NCBI GenBank assembly: GCA_903879715.1
Contig: CAIRMR010000154.1
Coordinates: 21,376-85,375, forward strand
Length of the DNA: 64,000 nt
DNA from: an uncultured Bacteroidales bacterium
Lineage (GTDB): Bacteria > Bacteroidota > Bacteroidia > Bacteroidales > UBA4417
Direction of reading: 5' to 3'
Below the pieces are notes generated by a model. The model made no database searches, was not told where the DNA came from, and was given only the letters and a program-made list of their open reading frames with translations. Every line of letters starts with the position of its first letter. Positions within the stretch are counted from its first letter, which is position 1. This document shows positions 1-9,458 of the stretch, in pieces. Made by a program: the position numbers and the translations under genes.

Positions 1-3
1 GAA

Positions 4-948
4 TTAAACCAAAAATACTGCTATCACAAGTGATCCGGCTAGCAGAAGATCAGTTACCAGGATTGCTATTACATTTCCACCCAGGGCAGGAATAAGATTG
101 GCAATATCGTTGTTGTATTTCAGCGTAGTTCGGATATTTATAAATACAAGCGGCAGTGGCAGTAGCGCAATATAAATCCAATAGGATGAAATGCCAAGCA
201 AGGGCAAAACGATGATGATAATATAGGTGAGAAGAGCTCCGGCACTGTAAATATAAGCGCCTATGTTTTTGCCAAAACGGATAAGCAGATGATTCCTTCC
301 GCCTTGTTTATCAGCTTCCATATCAGGAAATTCATTTAGTAACAGGAGCAGGGCTGTCAGGATGCCAGGAGGAATGGATAAAAGCCAGACTTCAAGAGGA
401 ATTAAATGAAGCATCGAAACTGAATATGAACCGGTTAGAGCCACATAAGTCCCGACAACTACAAGGCTGCCAAGTGATATGCCTGCGAATAATTCACCAA
501 GAAGGTATTTTGCCAATACATCAGTATAACCTACAATTGAAAAGCCTCCAATAGCGATGATTACAAACAGGAACCAATGACTTGTGATTGAATAATAAAC
601 GCCGACGGATAATGAAAAAATCAGCGTGCCAATGGCAGCGGCCAATACTGCAGAGGGCCTTGTAAGCCCTTGCACCAGCATTCCGCTGCCTCCGTTAAAA
701 GGAGTTCGGTTCGTATTTAAGTCAATACCGGTTTTGTAATCGGAATATTCATTGAACAGGTTAACGGAAACATGGGCAACAATTGTTCCTACAACAATCA
801 GTATTATATCAATGATTTGCAGGTGCATCCCCTGGGGTAAATATTTATAGGCTAAGCCAATTCCAATGGCATTCAGAAATACAGCAAGGAACAGGAAATT
901 AGCCCTTGTTTGTTTGAGCCAAACAATAAGTTGTGATGGACTTTTCAT
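4..948 (-). CDS. UbiA-family polyprenyltransferase (MenA-like), polytopic membrane protein
   Basis: 314-aa ORF that is hydrophobic throughout. It has two Asp-rich prenyl-diphosphate motifs (NEYSDYKTGID and DMEADKQGGRN) typical of the UbiA superfamily. Confidence 0.75.
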   Translation of the reverse strand: MKSPSQLIVWLKQTRANFLFLAVFLNAIGIGLAYKYLPQGMHLQIIDIILIVVGTIVAHVSVNLFNEYSDYKTGIDLNTNRTPFNGGSGMLVQGLTRPSAVLAAAIGTLIFSLSVGVYYSITSHWFLFVIIAIGGFSIVGYTDVLAKYLLGELFAGISLGSLVVVGTYVALTGSYSVSMLHLIPLEVWLLSIPPGILTALLLLLNEFPDMEADKQGGRNHLLIRFGKNIGAYIYSAGALLTYIIIIVLPLLGISSYWIYIALLPLPLVFINIRTTLKYNNDIANLIPALGGNVIAILVTDLLLAGSLVIAVFLV

Positions 949-1335
949 AAAGTGAATTTGAGTTAAATTATTTATCTGACTATTAGGAGCTTATCAATCT
1001 GGGAATTAATACATTAAAGGTATCAAATTATCAGACATAAAACCACAGAAGTTACAGTTTCCAGTATTAAACATTGTACTTATTGGATTGTTTTTAGATT
1101 AGAAAATTAAAATTGTTATCATTGAATCCCCAGATTGCATATCAGCCTGGCCATATGAATAAACAGAACATATACCATTGTGTGGTGATAAACCAGAATT
1201 AAATTCCGGGATAGCTTGTTTTAAAAGGGATTTGCTAATTTATAAACAGTTTCTGTTTTATTTAAAAACTTAAAAATTATATTAAGTAGAGTATAACTAT
1301 TCAGCCTGGGTATATTATTGGTAATCTATTACTTA

Positions 1336-1444
1336 CCACAGATTACACAAATTTCGTTGATTGGGTTTACATCAATTTAGTCAATTTTATCATCTTAATA
1401 ATCTGCGATAGAAAAAAATCTGTGTTAATCTGTGAAATCTGTGG
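1336..1444. repeat. Inverted pair of short-period arrays (CACAGAT-type units) around a ~36-nt AT-rich spacer
   Basis: The left arm is ccacagattacacaaatttcgttgatt. The right arm is taatctgcgatagaaaaaaatctgtgttaatctgtgaaatctgtgg. The outer 9 nt ccacagatt (1336-1344) and aatctgtgg (1436-1444) are exact reverse complements. The element ends in tgtggcaaaat, as does the element at 38940-39037. Confidence 0.7.
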
Positions 1445-1673
1445 CAAAATGAAGGATTATTCGCCTTCGGCGATTGAGATCACTACGCTAAGTTACGGGG
1501 TGAATAGTTCCTGTACCGTTAATAGGGAAACACAAAATTGCCCTTAATACAATAATTATAATTTTTTATCGCTTAATTAAATTATGATGTTGAGTTGCAA
1601 ATAATTTGCCTTCAGCCGTTGAAGTTTCTATATTTTAAAACAATTTAACATGCATATTTCTCAATATCAGAAC

Positions 1674-1681
1674 TACCTTTG
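1674..1681 (+). promoter_or_regulatory. Candidate Bacteroidota sigma-A -7 box (TAnnTTTG)
   Basis: tacctttg lies 16 nt upstream of the ATG at 1697. Confidence 0.4.
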
Positions 1682-1696
1682 TAAAAAAAATATTCT

Positions 1697-3088
1697 ATGC
1701 GAGTAATACAAAGTCGTTTGCTTTTTGTTGCACTAATACTTATTCAGTCGTGCAGCTCAACTAAGCTACCTACCGAAAAACCAGCCGAAAACTACGTTCC
1801 TTTTAATTATGACCCGGTGCCTTCTACCATAAGCCTGCCGGTTGAAATGAAGGTAACTGCCCTTGAGGCCTTGCTCAACCGCCAGCTCAACGGTCTCCTT
1901 TATGCCGATACCAGCCTTGACAACAACGGCGGGGATAATATTATGGTTAAAGCCTGGAAAAAAGATAACATCAAAATCGGTTTCGAAAACGGACAGTTTA
2001 TATACCGTGTGCCGTTAAAACTTTGGATCAAGGCCGGATGGAAAATACAGCAATTTGGAATTTCCCTGTCCGATTACCGTGAAATGAATGCAGAGATTGC
2101 GCTAAAATTTCGCTCTTCGGTGGTTGTGAATAGGGACTGGTCGGTAACCACCGTTACCACTTCCGATGGCTATGACTGGATTACCAAACCCACTTTGAAA
2201 ATAGGCCCGGTTGATCTCCCGATAACGTTTATTGCGGATATGATTATCAAATACAATACTAAAACCATAAATACAGCAATTGATGCCGGATTAACTCAGA
2301 GCCTTGATCTGAAAACTACAGCCAAAGAAGCCTGGGTTGAAGTGCAAAAGCCTATGCTCCTATCAGAAGAATATGGATTATGGCTGCGGATAAGCCCGAA
2401 AACCATTTCCGCTATACCAATTACAGGCGGCAAAGGCATTATTAAACATGTATCAACCATACAGGGTGTTGCCGAGATTTTTACAGGAAAACAGCCGCCT
2501 TCGCGAATAAACCCTGTGCTTCCCGAACTGACAACTGCTACAAATCTGGGTGATGAATTCCTTGCAAATGTGGTTTCGTATATTGGCTACGATTACCTCG
2601 ACTCAATAACACGTCTGATGCTGGTTCACACTTCATATACTTTCGGAAAGAAGAAGATAACTATCACCGGAGTATCTGTTTACGGAAACGAAAGCAGAAT
2701 GATTATTGCTACTGATATGATCGGAAGTATAAACGGGAAGGTATATTTCTCCGGAATTCCTATGTACAGGATCAGCGATTCGAGTATAATTCTTAAGGAT
2801 CTTCAGTTCTCAATCCAGACTAAAAACGTATTACTGAAATCTGCTTCGTGGCTGGCAAACAGTGGTATCGAAAAGATGATTGGCAAAAAAATGGCTTACC
2901 CTATTGGTGTCGAAATACGTGAAACCTATGATATGATGGTGCAAAGTCTGAATAAATATGAAATTGGCCAGGGATTTATCATGACGGGTAAGCTAAATGG
3001 CATGGAGGTTCAGCAACCTGTGCTGGCTCCTGCCGGAATTATAGCCCCGGTAAGCATCACAGGTAAACTTTCAGTTAAACTGGAATAA
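1697..3088 (+). CDS. DUF4403-like lipoprotein
   Basis: 463 aa with a lipoprotein signal (LILIQSCSS). The length and N-terminal pattern (STISLPVEMKV..LEALLNRQL..LLY) resemble DUF4403 as I recall the family. Confidence 0.55.
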   Translation: MRVIQSRLLFVALILIQSCSSTKLPTEKPAENYVPFNYDPVPSTISLPVEMKVTALEALLNRQLNGLLYADTSLDNNGGDNIMVKAWKKDNIKIGFENGQFIYRVPLKLWIKAGWKIQQFGISLSDYREMNAEIALKFRSSVVVNRDWSVTTVTTSDGYDWITKPTLKIGPVDLPITFIADMIIKYNTKTINTAIDAGLTQSLDLKTTAKEAWVEVQKPMLLSEEYGLWLRISPKTISAIPITGGKGIIKHVSTIQGVAEIFTGKQPPSRINPVLPELTTATNLGDEFLANVVSYIGYDYLDSITRLMLVHTSYTFGKKKITITGVSVYGNESRMIIATDMIGSINGKVYFSGIPMYRISDSSIILKDLQFSIQTKNVLLKSASWLANSGIEKMIGKKMAYPIGVEIRETYDMMVQSLNKYEIGQGFIMTGKLNGMEVQQPVLAPAGIIAPVSITGKLSVKLE

Positions 3089-3348
3089 GCAGTTGAGTAA
3101 AACTTTTTCTGACGAGGAGCATCAAAGCTGGAAATGATTCGTGATTTCGGATTCGTGAATTATGATGCAAAAATTACATGATACCCAAATTAATCTGCAT
3201 TTACCGGCATTTTATTATTTTAGCAAAAGCATTTCATTTAATCTGTTCCTGTTACCGGCAATCATAGTTTTAATACTTTATAAAAACACTTTTTCTGGAA
3301 AGTCCAAACGAACATATCATTCAAACGCTTGATCACACAAGCTTCGAG

Positions 3349-3867
3349 GTGCTCTTTAAGAGTCATTTTGCAGGCATGTGCTTTTTTGCGCAGAAATATG
3401 TGAAAGATTTTGAAACAGCAAGGGAAATTGCCCAGGCCGCATTTATCAGCCTTTGGGAGAAACGCGAAACCATTGATATGAACCGGCCGGTGAAATCGTA
3501 TCTAGCCATGGTTATCCATAACAAATGTACCAACTACCTGCGCGATAACCGGAAGTTTGACCAGTACATTCTTAATATCGAAAACCTGCTGGAAGTCCCT
3601 GAGTATGACGGAGCCGACAGTATGGTTGAGGCTGAACTAAAACTAAAAATTGATTTATCCATCGCCGAACTTCCCGAGAAATGCAGGGAGATTTTCGTAC
3701 TCAGCCGCTACGAGAATCTTAAATACCAGGAAATTGCCGATAAATTACAGATTTCCGTAAAAACCGTGGAAACTCAAATGTCGAAAGCATTACAGCATCT
3801 GCGGATCAGGCTGGCGGAATACATAACGATAATTCTAGCCCTTGTAATGAGTTGTATTTATAAATAG
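3349..3867 (+). CDS. ECF-type RNA polymerase sigma-70 factor
   Basis: Region 2 (AQAAFISLWEKRE) and region 4 HTH (YENLKYQEIADKLQISVKTVETQMSKAL) are present. The start is GTG. The frame stays open upstream to 3274 without any ATG, GTG or TTG. Confidence 0.85.
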   Translation: MLFKSHFAGMCFFAQKYVKDFETAREIAQAAFISLWEKRETIDMNRPVKSYLAMVIHNKCTNYLRDNRKFDQYILNIENLLEVPEYDGADSMVEAELKLKIDLSIAELPEKCREIFVLSRYENLKYQEIADKLQISVKTVETQMSKALQHLRIRLAEYITIILALVMSCIYK

Positions 3868-3948
3868 AATGGCAGTAAGAAGGGGCGAGGAGCGACAGGG
3901 CGACTTCGTTCGGTGCAGGCAAGGAGATGGAAGAAAACTAACAGGGTG

Positions 3949-3976
3949 CTTCCGACTCCCGACTTCTGACTTCCGG
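3949..3976. repeat. Four phased heptamers: cttccga ctcccga cttctga cttccgg
   Basis: Read directly from the sequence. The array is preceded by cagggtg. A related array lies at 11149-11169, preceded by cagggca. Confidence 0.7.
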
Positions 3977-3994
3977 CCAAAATAAAATAACCCA

Positions 3995-4028
3995 CCATCA
4001 GGGTAAAATCAATTTGAAGTGTATTATT
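3995..4028 (+). promoter_or_regulatory. Two-block box CCATCAGGGTA-N12-AGTGTATTATT, copy A (upstream of fecR-like gene)
   Basis: A second copy of identical length lies at 9459-9492. Both flanking blocks are 11/11 identical between the copies. Confidence 0.35.
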
Positions 4029-4042
4029 CACAGGAAAGCCAA

Positions 4043-5077
4043 ATGAACGAGAATCCGACATATTACACCGACCTTATCACAAGGTACTTCTCCGGGGAAG
4101 CCACGGAAGATGAGTTGCGTGAGCTTTCGGAATGGCTTATAGCTGATCCAAATCACGAAGAGCTTTTTACACAATTACGTAAAACCTGGCTTTTAGTTGA
4201 AAAGAATAAGGTTTATTCATCTATTGATATAGAGAAGGACTGGCGGGCCTTTCAATCAAAACTGAACTCTATCGGGGGAAGTAGAGAAACGCCAATTGTT
4301 TTAGCTCTAAAGAAAAACATGAAAAGCCGGAATGCATTTCTCTCAAAAACCTGGAAAATAGCAGCATCTTTTACTATTTTGCTGGCAGCCTCATTTTTTT
4401 TGTATTTCAACCTTTCAAAGCTTAAGGACACAGTTGTTACAGCACATGACGCAAATATAGTGCATGTGCTTCCCGACGGCTCAGTAGTTTCGCTGCATGC
4501 CGGTTCACAGATCAGCTACGCCGCAAAATTTGATTCCAAAATCCGGAAAGTTGAATTGAAAGGTGAAGCGTACTTTGAAGTAGCTCATGATAAAACAAAA
4601 CCCTTTGTAGTGGCTTCGGGCGATGCAAGGGTAAAAGTGCTTGGAACAAAGTTCAACGTAAACACCAATACTTCCGACGGAACCATGGAAGTGGTTCTAA
4701 CAAGCGGGAAGGTTTCAGTATTTTTTAAGAGAAGTCCACAAAAAAACGTATCTCTTAATCCAGGCGAAAAAGCTGTATTGTTGGTTGATCAAAAGCAGAT
4801 CAGTAAATCGCCCAATGCTGATCCAAATTACATGGCATGGAAAACCAAGGTGCTGGTATTCGATAACGAAACACTGGCACAGGTTTTAAATACACTTCAG
4901 AATGTTTATCAAACTCCTGTTACACTTACTGATCCCGCTTTGTCCGAATGCCGCGTTACGGCTTCATTTGACGGACAGTCGCTTGAATCGGTATTACAGG
5001 TGATTAAAGAAACCTTAGATCTGCACGTGACACAGAACGGGAAAACCATTGAAATTTCAGGAAAGAGTTGCAGGTAA
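4043..5077 (+). CDS. FecR-family anti-sigma factor / transmembrane sensor
   Basis: N-terminal anti-sigma motif (LITRYFSGEATEDELRELSEWL), a single TM segment (WKIAASFTILLAASFFLYF), and a C-terminal FecR domain. I prefer the ATG at 4043 (MNENPTYY) over the ORF-track start at 4019. Confidence 0.85.
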   Translation: MNENPTYYTDLITRYFSGEATEDELRELSEWLIADPNHEELFTQLRKTWLLVEKNKVYSSIDIEKDWRAFQSKLNSIGGSRETPIVLALKKNMKSRNAFLSKTWKIAASFTILLAASFFLYFNLSKLKDTVVTAHDANIVHVLPDGSVVSLHAGSQISYAAKFDSKIRKVELKGEAYFEVAHDKTKPFVVASGDARVKVLGTKFNVNTNTSDGTMEVVLTSGKVSVFFKRSPQKNVSLNPGEKAVLLVDQKQISKSPNADPNYMAWKTKVLVFDNETLAQVLNTLQNVYQTPVTLTDPALSECRVTASFDGQSLESVLQVIKETLDLHVTQNGKTIEISGKSCR

Positions 5078-5170
5078 TTGTTTTTAAAAATTTATTTATC
5101 CTGATTTTTTTTAAAATTTAGCCAGATATAAATAACTATAAATGCATGTCATTTATCCGTAAATAGCTCT

Positions 5171-5776
5171 ATGAAAAAAATATTTCTACTTATTTTTTGC
5201 TCTGTTATTACTTTTTACAGCTATGCACAGAAAAGCGAATCCCGGAAAGGAAAAATAGGAATTACTTTCTCTACTTTTGGGGAAAATGATGTAATTCGTT
5301 CTGAACCCTTAATGGGTGAAGCTAGTTATAATTCAGATCAGTTTTACACCTTTGGCATTTTTTATACATACAAGCTGAATAATACATTTGATTTTGAAAC
5401 TGGTCTTGAATACGCAAAGCATAAAATAATAATAGACCCGTTTGATCCTCCGTATGATGAAGCTCCATCACGTGGTGCCCAGTTTTTCCTGGTCAATATT
5501 CCTATAACTGTACGGATTAATTTCCTGAGATATTGTTTCGTAAATGGAGGTTTAAACCTGGATTTTGATCCGACAGTTTCAAGCCCGATTGACAGCCAGA
5601 ACGGAATAGGCGCATTACTCGGATTAGGTTTGAAATACGATTCAAAATACGGCATTTCAGCTTTAGTAAACCCTTATATCAAGGCGCATTCATTGATATC
5701 ATTTTCACCAGTCGAAAATCGCCAGAGAGTCTTGGAATCCGGATTTAGATTTGGAATAATGTATAAATTGAAATAA
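5171..5776 (+). CDS. Small outer-membrane beta-barrel protein (porin-family-like)
   Basis: 201 aa with a signal peptide ending YAQ and an alternating aromatic/aliphatic beta-strand pattern. Confidence 0.55.
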   Translation: MKKIFLLIFCSVITFYSYAQKSESRKGKIGITFSTFGENDVIRSEPLMGEASYNSDQFYTFGIFYTYKLNNTFDFETGLEYAKHKIIIDPFDPPYDEAPSRGAQFFLVNIPITVRINFLRYCFVNGGLNLDFDPTVSSPIDSQNGIGALLGLGLKYDSKYGISALVNPYIKAHSLISFSPVENRQRVLESGFRFGIMYKLK

Positions 5777-5840
5777 AGAAATTGAGAAATCTGATACATA
5801 GATCATTTTTACCCCTTTTATGCATGAGTCTTCACTGAAA

Positions 5841-5926
5841 CACAAAAGAAACAAAAGTTTTAACTAACCCAATTCTCTTTTGTGTCTTTTGTGGTTAATA
5901 CTTTTATACACATAAAGAAACAAAAG
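5841..5926. repeat. ACAAAAG-unit hairpin plus a third direct copy
   Basis: cacaaaagaaacaaaag (5841-5857) pairs with cttttgtgtcttttgtg (5877-5893), giving 17 bp with 1 mismatch and a 19-nt loop. The direct copy cataaagaaacaaaag lies at 5911-5926. Confidence 0.7.
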
Positions 5927-5942
5927 CTCAATAAAATCTGAT

Positions 5943-8603
5943 TTGAACCTCGGAAAAACAATATACCGGATTCTGATTACCTGCCTGCTTTTAATAGTGG
6001 CCTCGGTTACTTTTGCCCAAAACCTGGATAATAAAATTTCTATCCGGACTAAAAATAAGCCACTTGGAGAAGTAATTGAACAAATCAGCGAAAAAGGGAA
6101 TATCCTGTTCTCATTTAACCCACAATCAATCCCTATCAATAAAAAAATCACTGTAATTGCGCGGAATACTTCTCTGTCGAAGATTTTTGAAATGGTTTTT
6201 ACTGCCAATGGAATCGATTATACGCTTTCGGAAAAACAGGTGATTTTGAAGCTTGCCAAACAGGAAACTCTTCCAAAACCTGACCTGGCAGTAAAACAAC
6301 TCCGCAAATATACCATCAGCGGAACCATCAGGGATAAAGCTACCGGAGAGGTTATTTTCGGTGCCAATGTGTATGATATTGCTTCGATGCAAGGCACCAC
6401 AAGTAACGCTTATGGGTTTTACTCCCTTACATTACCGATGGGCGAATACAGCATTACAAATTCCTATATTGGTTATTCTCCTGTTTCACAGGCCGTAAAC
6501 CTGATTAAAAATATAAATGCCACGATTGACCTTGAACTTTCGGCTATCGAAATGAATACGGTTGTTATAACTTCTGATCCTGACGCAGAGACAAAACATC
6601 TGAATCAAACGGGAGATATGCATTTTTCGCCCGCAGTGCTAAAACAGATTCCGGGATTTGCCGGCAATGTGGATGTTCTCAAGTCGCTGCAGAATGTCCC
6701 GGGAATTCTTACGTTCGGCGATGGATCTTCATTTTACTATGTGCGTGGTGGTAACAGTGATCAGAATCTTTTGCTGATCGACGAAGCGCCGATTTACAAT
6801 CCTTCACACCTGTTTGGTTTCTTTTCGGCCCTGGCTCCCGATGCCATCAAAGATGTGGTGGTTTACAAAGGCGATTTCCCGGCGAATTATGGCGGAAGGC
6901 TTTCGTCGGTGGTTGATATGCGTGCCAGGGAAGGCAATATGAAACGGCTTGGCTTTTCAGGTAACCTCGGACCGTACACAACTGACCTTACACTGGAAGG
7001 GCCCATTTTGAAAGAGAAAAGTTCATTCCTGATTTCGAGCCGTATTTCGAACCTGAACTGGTTAAAATTCCTTGATGATGGAGACCGTACCTATAAATTT
7101 AATTTTTACGATATCAACGCCAAACTCAATGTACGGCTCAATGACAATAACCGGCTTTTTCTCACGGCTTTCAAAGGTAATGATGAGTTTAACCGATATA
7201 ATAGTTTGAATACTAACACATTTGGAATCAGCTGGAAAAATGTTGCCAGCACCTTGCGATGGAATCATGTTTTTAACAGCCGCTTTTTCTCAAATACAAC
7301 AGCTTACATCAGCCGGTATAACTATTATCTTGATCTCTCGAAAGAACTCAATACGTACTGGACATCCTCCATTTCAAATGCGACTATCAAAACGGATTTT
7401 TCCTGGTTTCTGAATCCCAAAAACACGATTAAAACCGGTTTTGAGATCAACGGGCATAAGAGCAATCCCGGAAAATTGTATTTCACGAATGACGAAATTC
7501 CTGCAAGCCTGGCACAATATCAATCTACTGAATTAGCCATATACGCGAGTAATGAACAACAACTTGGGCAAAAGTTTCTTGCGCGTTATGGTCTCAGGAT
7601 TTCCCGATGGAACGATCTTGGTCCAACATCAGTTTACTTTTTTGATGGCAATCACAATGTAATTGACACAATTAAAGTTGCTAAAAATACGGTTTACAAA
7701 AGCTTTCTGAACTTTGAGCCACGTATCAGCCTGAACTTTGCCATCAGCGAAAACTCATCACTTCATGCCAATTACAACCATAATGTTCAGCATTTGCAGG
7801 TATTAAGTAACTCTACAAGCCCTTTTACTTCACTCGATGTATGGATTCCGAGCGGGCCAAATATAGCACCACAGAAAGCGGATCAGTTTTCACTCGGCTA
7901 TTTCAGCAAAATATTCCAACGTCAATTTGATTTCTCCGTCGAAGGGTATTACAAACGGCTTTATAACCAGGTAGATTATAAGGATCATCCCAACATGCTG
8001 ATAAATAAGCTGATTGAAGGTGAACTCAGGTTTGGTGATGGCTGGTCGTATGGCATTGAAACATTGCTGCGCAAAAACAAAGGGAAATTCACCGGCTGGA
8101 TAAGTTATGCGTGGTCGCGGTCGATGAAGCAGATTGCGGATGTAAATGAGGGGAAAATCTTTCCGGCTGCTCACGACAGGCCTCATAATTTCTGCATTAC
8201 TTTATCCTATACAACCGGCAAACACTGGAGTTTTTCGACGCATTGGATGTATCTCACAGGAGCTCCGTTTAGTTCGCCAACTGGGTTTTATTATGTAAAC
8301 GGCTATTCGGTGCCAGTGTATGGCGAAAAGAATAACGACAGGCTTCCCGATTATCACCGAATGGATTTATCTGTTTCGTATGCGCTAAGTAAGCCGGAAA
8401 AAAGATTTCAGCACAACCTGGTACTCACAATATATAACGCTTACGGAAGACACAATCCCTTCTCAATAAATTTTAACAAAACACAGGATGATAATGAAAA
8501 TATTGTAGTTCCGGCTAATCTCGAAGGTGATGTTGATCGTATCATAACTTCGATGTCTGTTGCCGGAGCGATCCCATCACTTAACTATACTTTCCGTTTC
8601 TGA
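5943..8603 (+). CDS. TonB-dependent receptor with N-terminal STN signalling domain and carboxypeptidase-regulatory-like domain
   Basis: 886 aa with a TTG start and a signal peptide. It has an STN-like segment (ISIRTKNKPLGEVIEQISEKGNILFSF...), a CarbopepD_reg-like segment (ISGTIRDKATGEVIFGANVY), a plug and barrel, and a C-terminal aromatic residue (YTFRF). Confidence 0.9.
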   Translation: MNLGKTIYRILITCLLLIVASVTFAQNLDNKISIRTKNKPLGEVIEQISEKGNILFSFNPQSIPINKKITVIARNTSLSKIFEMVFTANGIDYTLSEKQVILKLAKQETLPKPDLAVKQLRKYTISGTIRDKATGEVIFGANVYDIASMQGTTSNAYGFYSLTLPMGEYSITNSYIGYSPVSQAVNLIKNINATIDLELSAIEMNTVVITSDPDAETKHLNQTGDMHFSPAVLKQIPGFAGNVDVLKSLQNVPGILTFGDGSSFYYVRGGNSDQNLLLIDEAPIYNPSHLFGFFSALAPDAIKDVVVYKGDFPANYGGRLSSVVDMRAREGNMKRLGFSGNLGPYTTDLTLEGPILKEKSSFLISSRISNLNWLKFLDDGDRTYKFNFYDINAKLNVRLNDNNRLFLTAFKGNDEFNRYNSLNTNTFGISWKNVASTLRWNHVFNSRFFSNTTAYISRYNYYLDLSKELNTYWTSSISNATIKTDFSWFLNPKNTIKTGFEINGHKSNPGKLYFTNDEIPASLAQYQSTELAIYASNEQQLGQKFLARYGLRISRWNDLGPTSVYFFDGNHNVIDTIKVAKNTVYKSFLNFEPRISLNFAISENSSLHANYNHNVQHLQVLSNSTSPFTSLDVWIPSGPNIAPQKADQFSLGYFSKIFQRQFDFSVEGYYKRLYNQVDYKDHPNMLINKLIEGELRFGDGWSYGIETLLRKNKGKFTGWISYAWSRSMKQIADVNEGKIFPAAHDRPHNFCITLSYTTGKHWSFSTHWMYLTGAPFSSPTGFYYVNGYSVPVYGEKNNDRLPDYHRMDLSVSYALSKPEKRFQHNLVLTIYNAYGRHNPFSINFNKTQDDNENIVVPANLEGDVDRIITSMSVAGAIPSLNYTFRF

Positions 8604-9424
8604 TGAAAAAACTGCTGACATACCTGCTTTTCCTGTTGCTGCTTGTTTCGTGCGAGGAGCAAACGGACTGGGATTTGAAGAAGGCGGACACTGATTTTGT
8701 TGTAGTTGAAGGAATTATTACCAATGAGTTGAAAGTGCAATCTGTAACTATAATGAAACCGGTTATATCACTCAACGGAATTCCTGAACCGGTAAGTGGC
8801 GCAACTGTATTGGTTTCGTCAAACCTGTTAACTCATACGTTTCATGAAGATCTATTACACCCGGGAACTTATTTATCGGATAAAGCTTTTACTGGAATCA
8901 GAAATCAGACCTATTCCTTGCTGATCACTTCGGGCAGCAGGACTTACTCTTCAAAAGCAGTATTGTCGCCTGCAGTACAGGATTTTGTTTTTATTAACTA
9001 TCAAAAAGATGCTGATGATAACAAATACCGCTTTGTGAGTTCTCCCTTTCCTTACAATCCGTCAATATCGGCTATGTACGAGGTTCTGCTTGACTGGTCG
9101 TCAGCACCGGGTTATGAAAATGAAAACCCGGATTCGTGCAGGGCAAAACTCTATTATTATACCTTGCCAACATTGGATGTAAGTGAACTTTTTGCCCCGG
9201 GCATTGAAAAAATAACCTTTCCATCCGGGACTGTTATTACTGAACGCAGGTATTCCTTAACAGATGAACATGCTGCCTTTCTGCGTGCCGTTTTGCTCGA
9301 AACCACCTGGCAGGGCGGATATTTCAATACTGCTTCGGCAAATATTCCTACTAACCTGAGTTCCGGCGCGATGGGATTTTTTGGAGCTTGCGGAGTGGCC
9401 GAGAAGAGGGAGACGGCGAAATAG
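8603..9424 (+). CDS. DUF4249-like lipoprotein (usual partner of this receptor class)
   Basis: Its start overlaps the receptor stop (TGATG). It has a lipobox (LLLLVSCEE) and an FVVVEGIITNE motif. Confidence 0.65.
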   Translation: MKKLLTYLLFLLLLVSCEEQTDWDLKKADTDFVVVEGIITNELKVQSVTIMKPVISLNGIPEPVSGATVLVSSNLLTHTFHEDLLHPGTYLSDKAFTGIRNQTYSLLITSGSRTYSSKAVLSPAVQDFVFINYQKDADDNKYRFVSSPFPYNPSISAMYEVLLDWSSAPGYENENPDSCRAKLYYYTLPTLDVSELFAPGIEKITFPSGTVITERRYSLTDEHAAFLRAVLLETTWQGGYFNTASANIPTNLSSGAMGFFGACGVAEKRETAK

Positions 9425-9458
9425 TTATTTAAAAATAATTTTAAAATAATTCAACTCT

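Noticed and set aside
3858-4061. 67-aa minus-strand ORF in the sigma/anti-sigma spacer
   Set aside because: It overlaps the heptamer array and the start of the FecR-like gene, and it has no start context or family resemblance.
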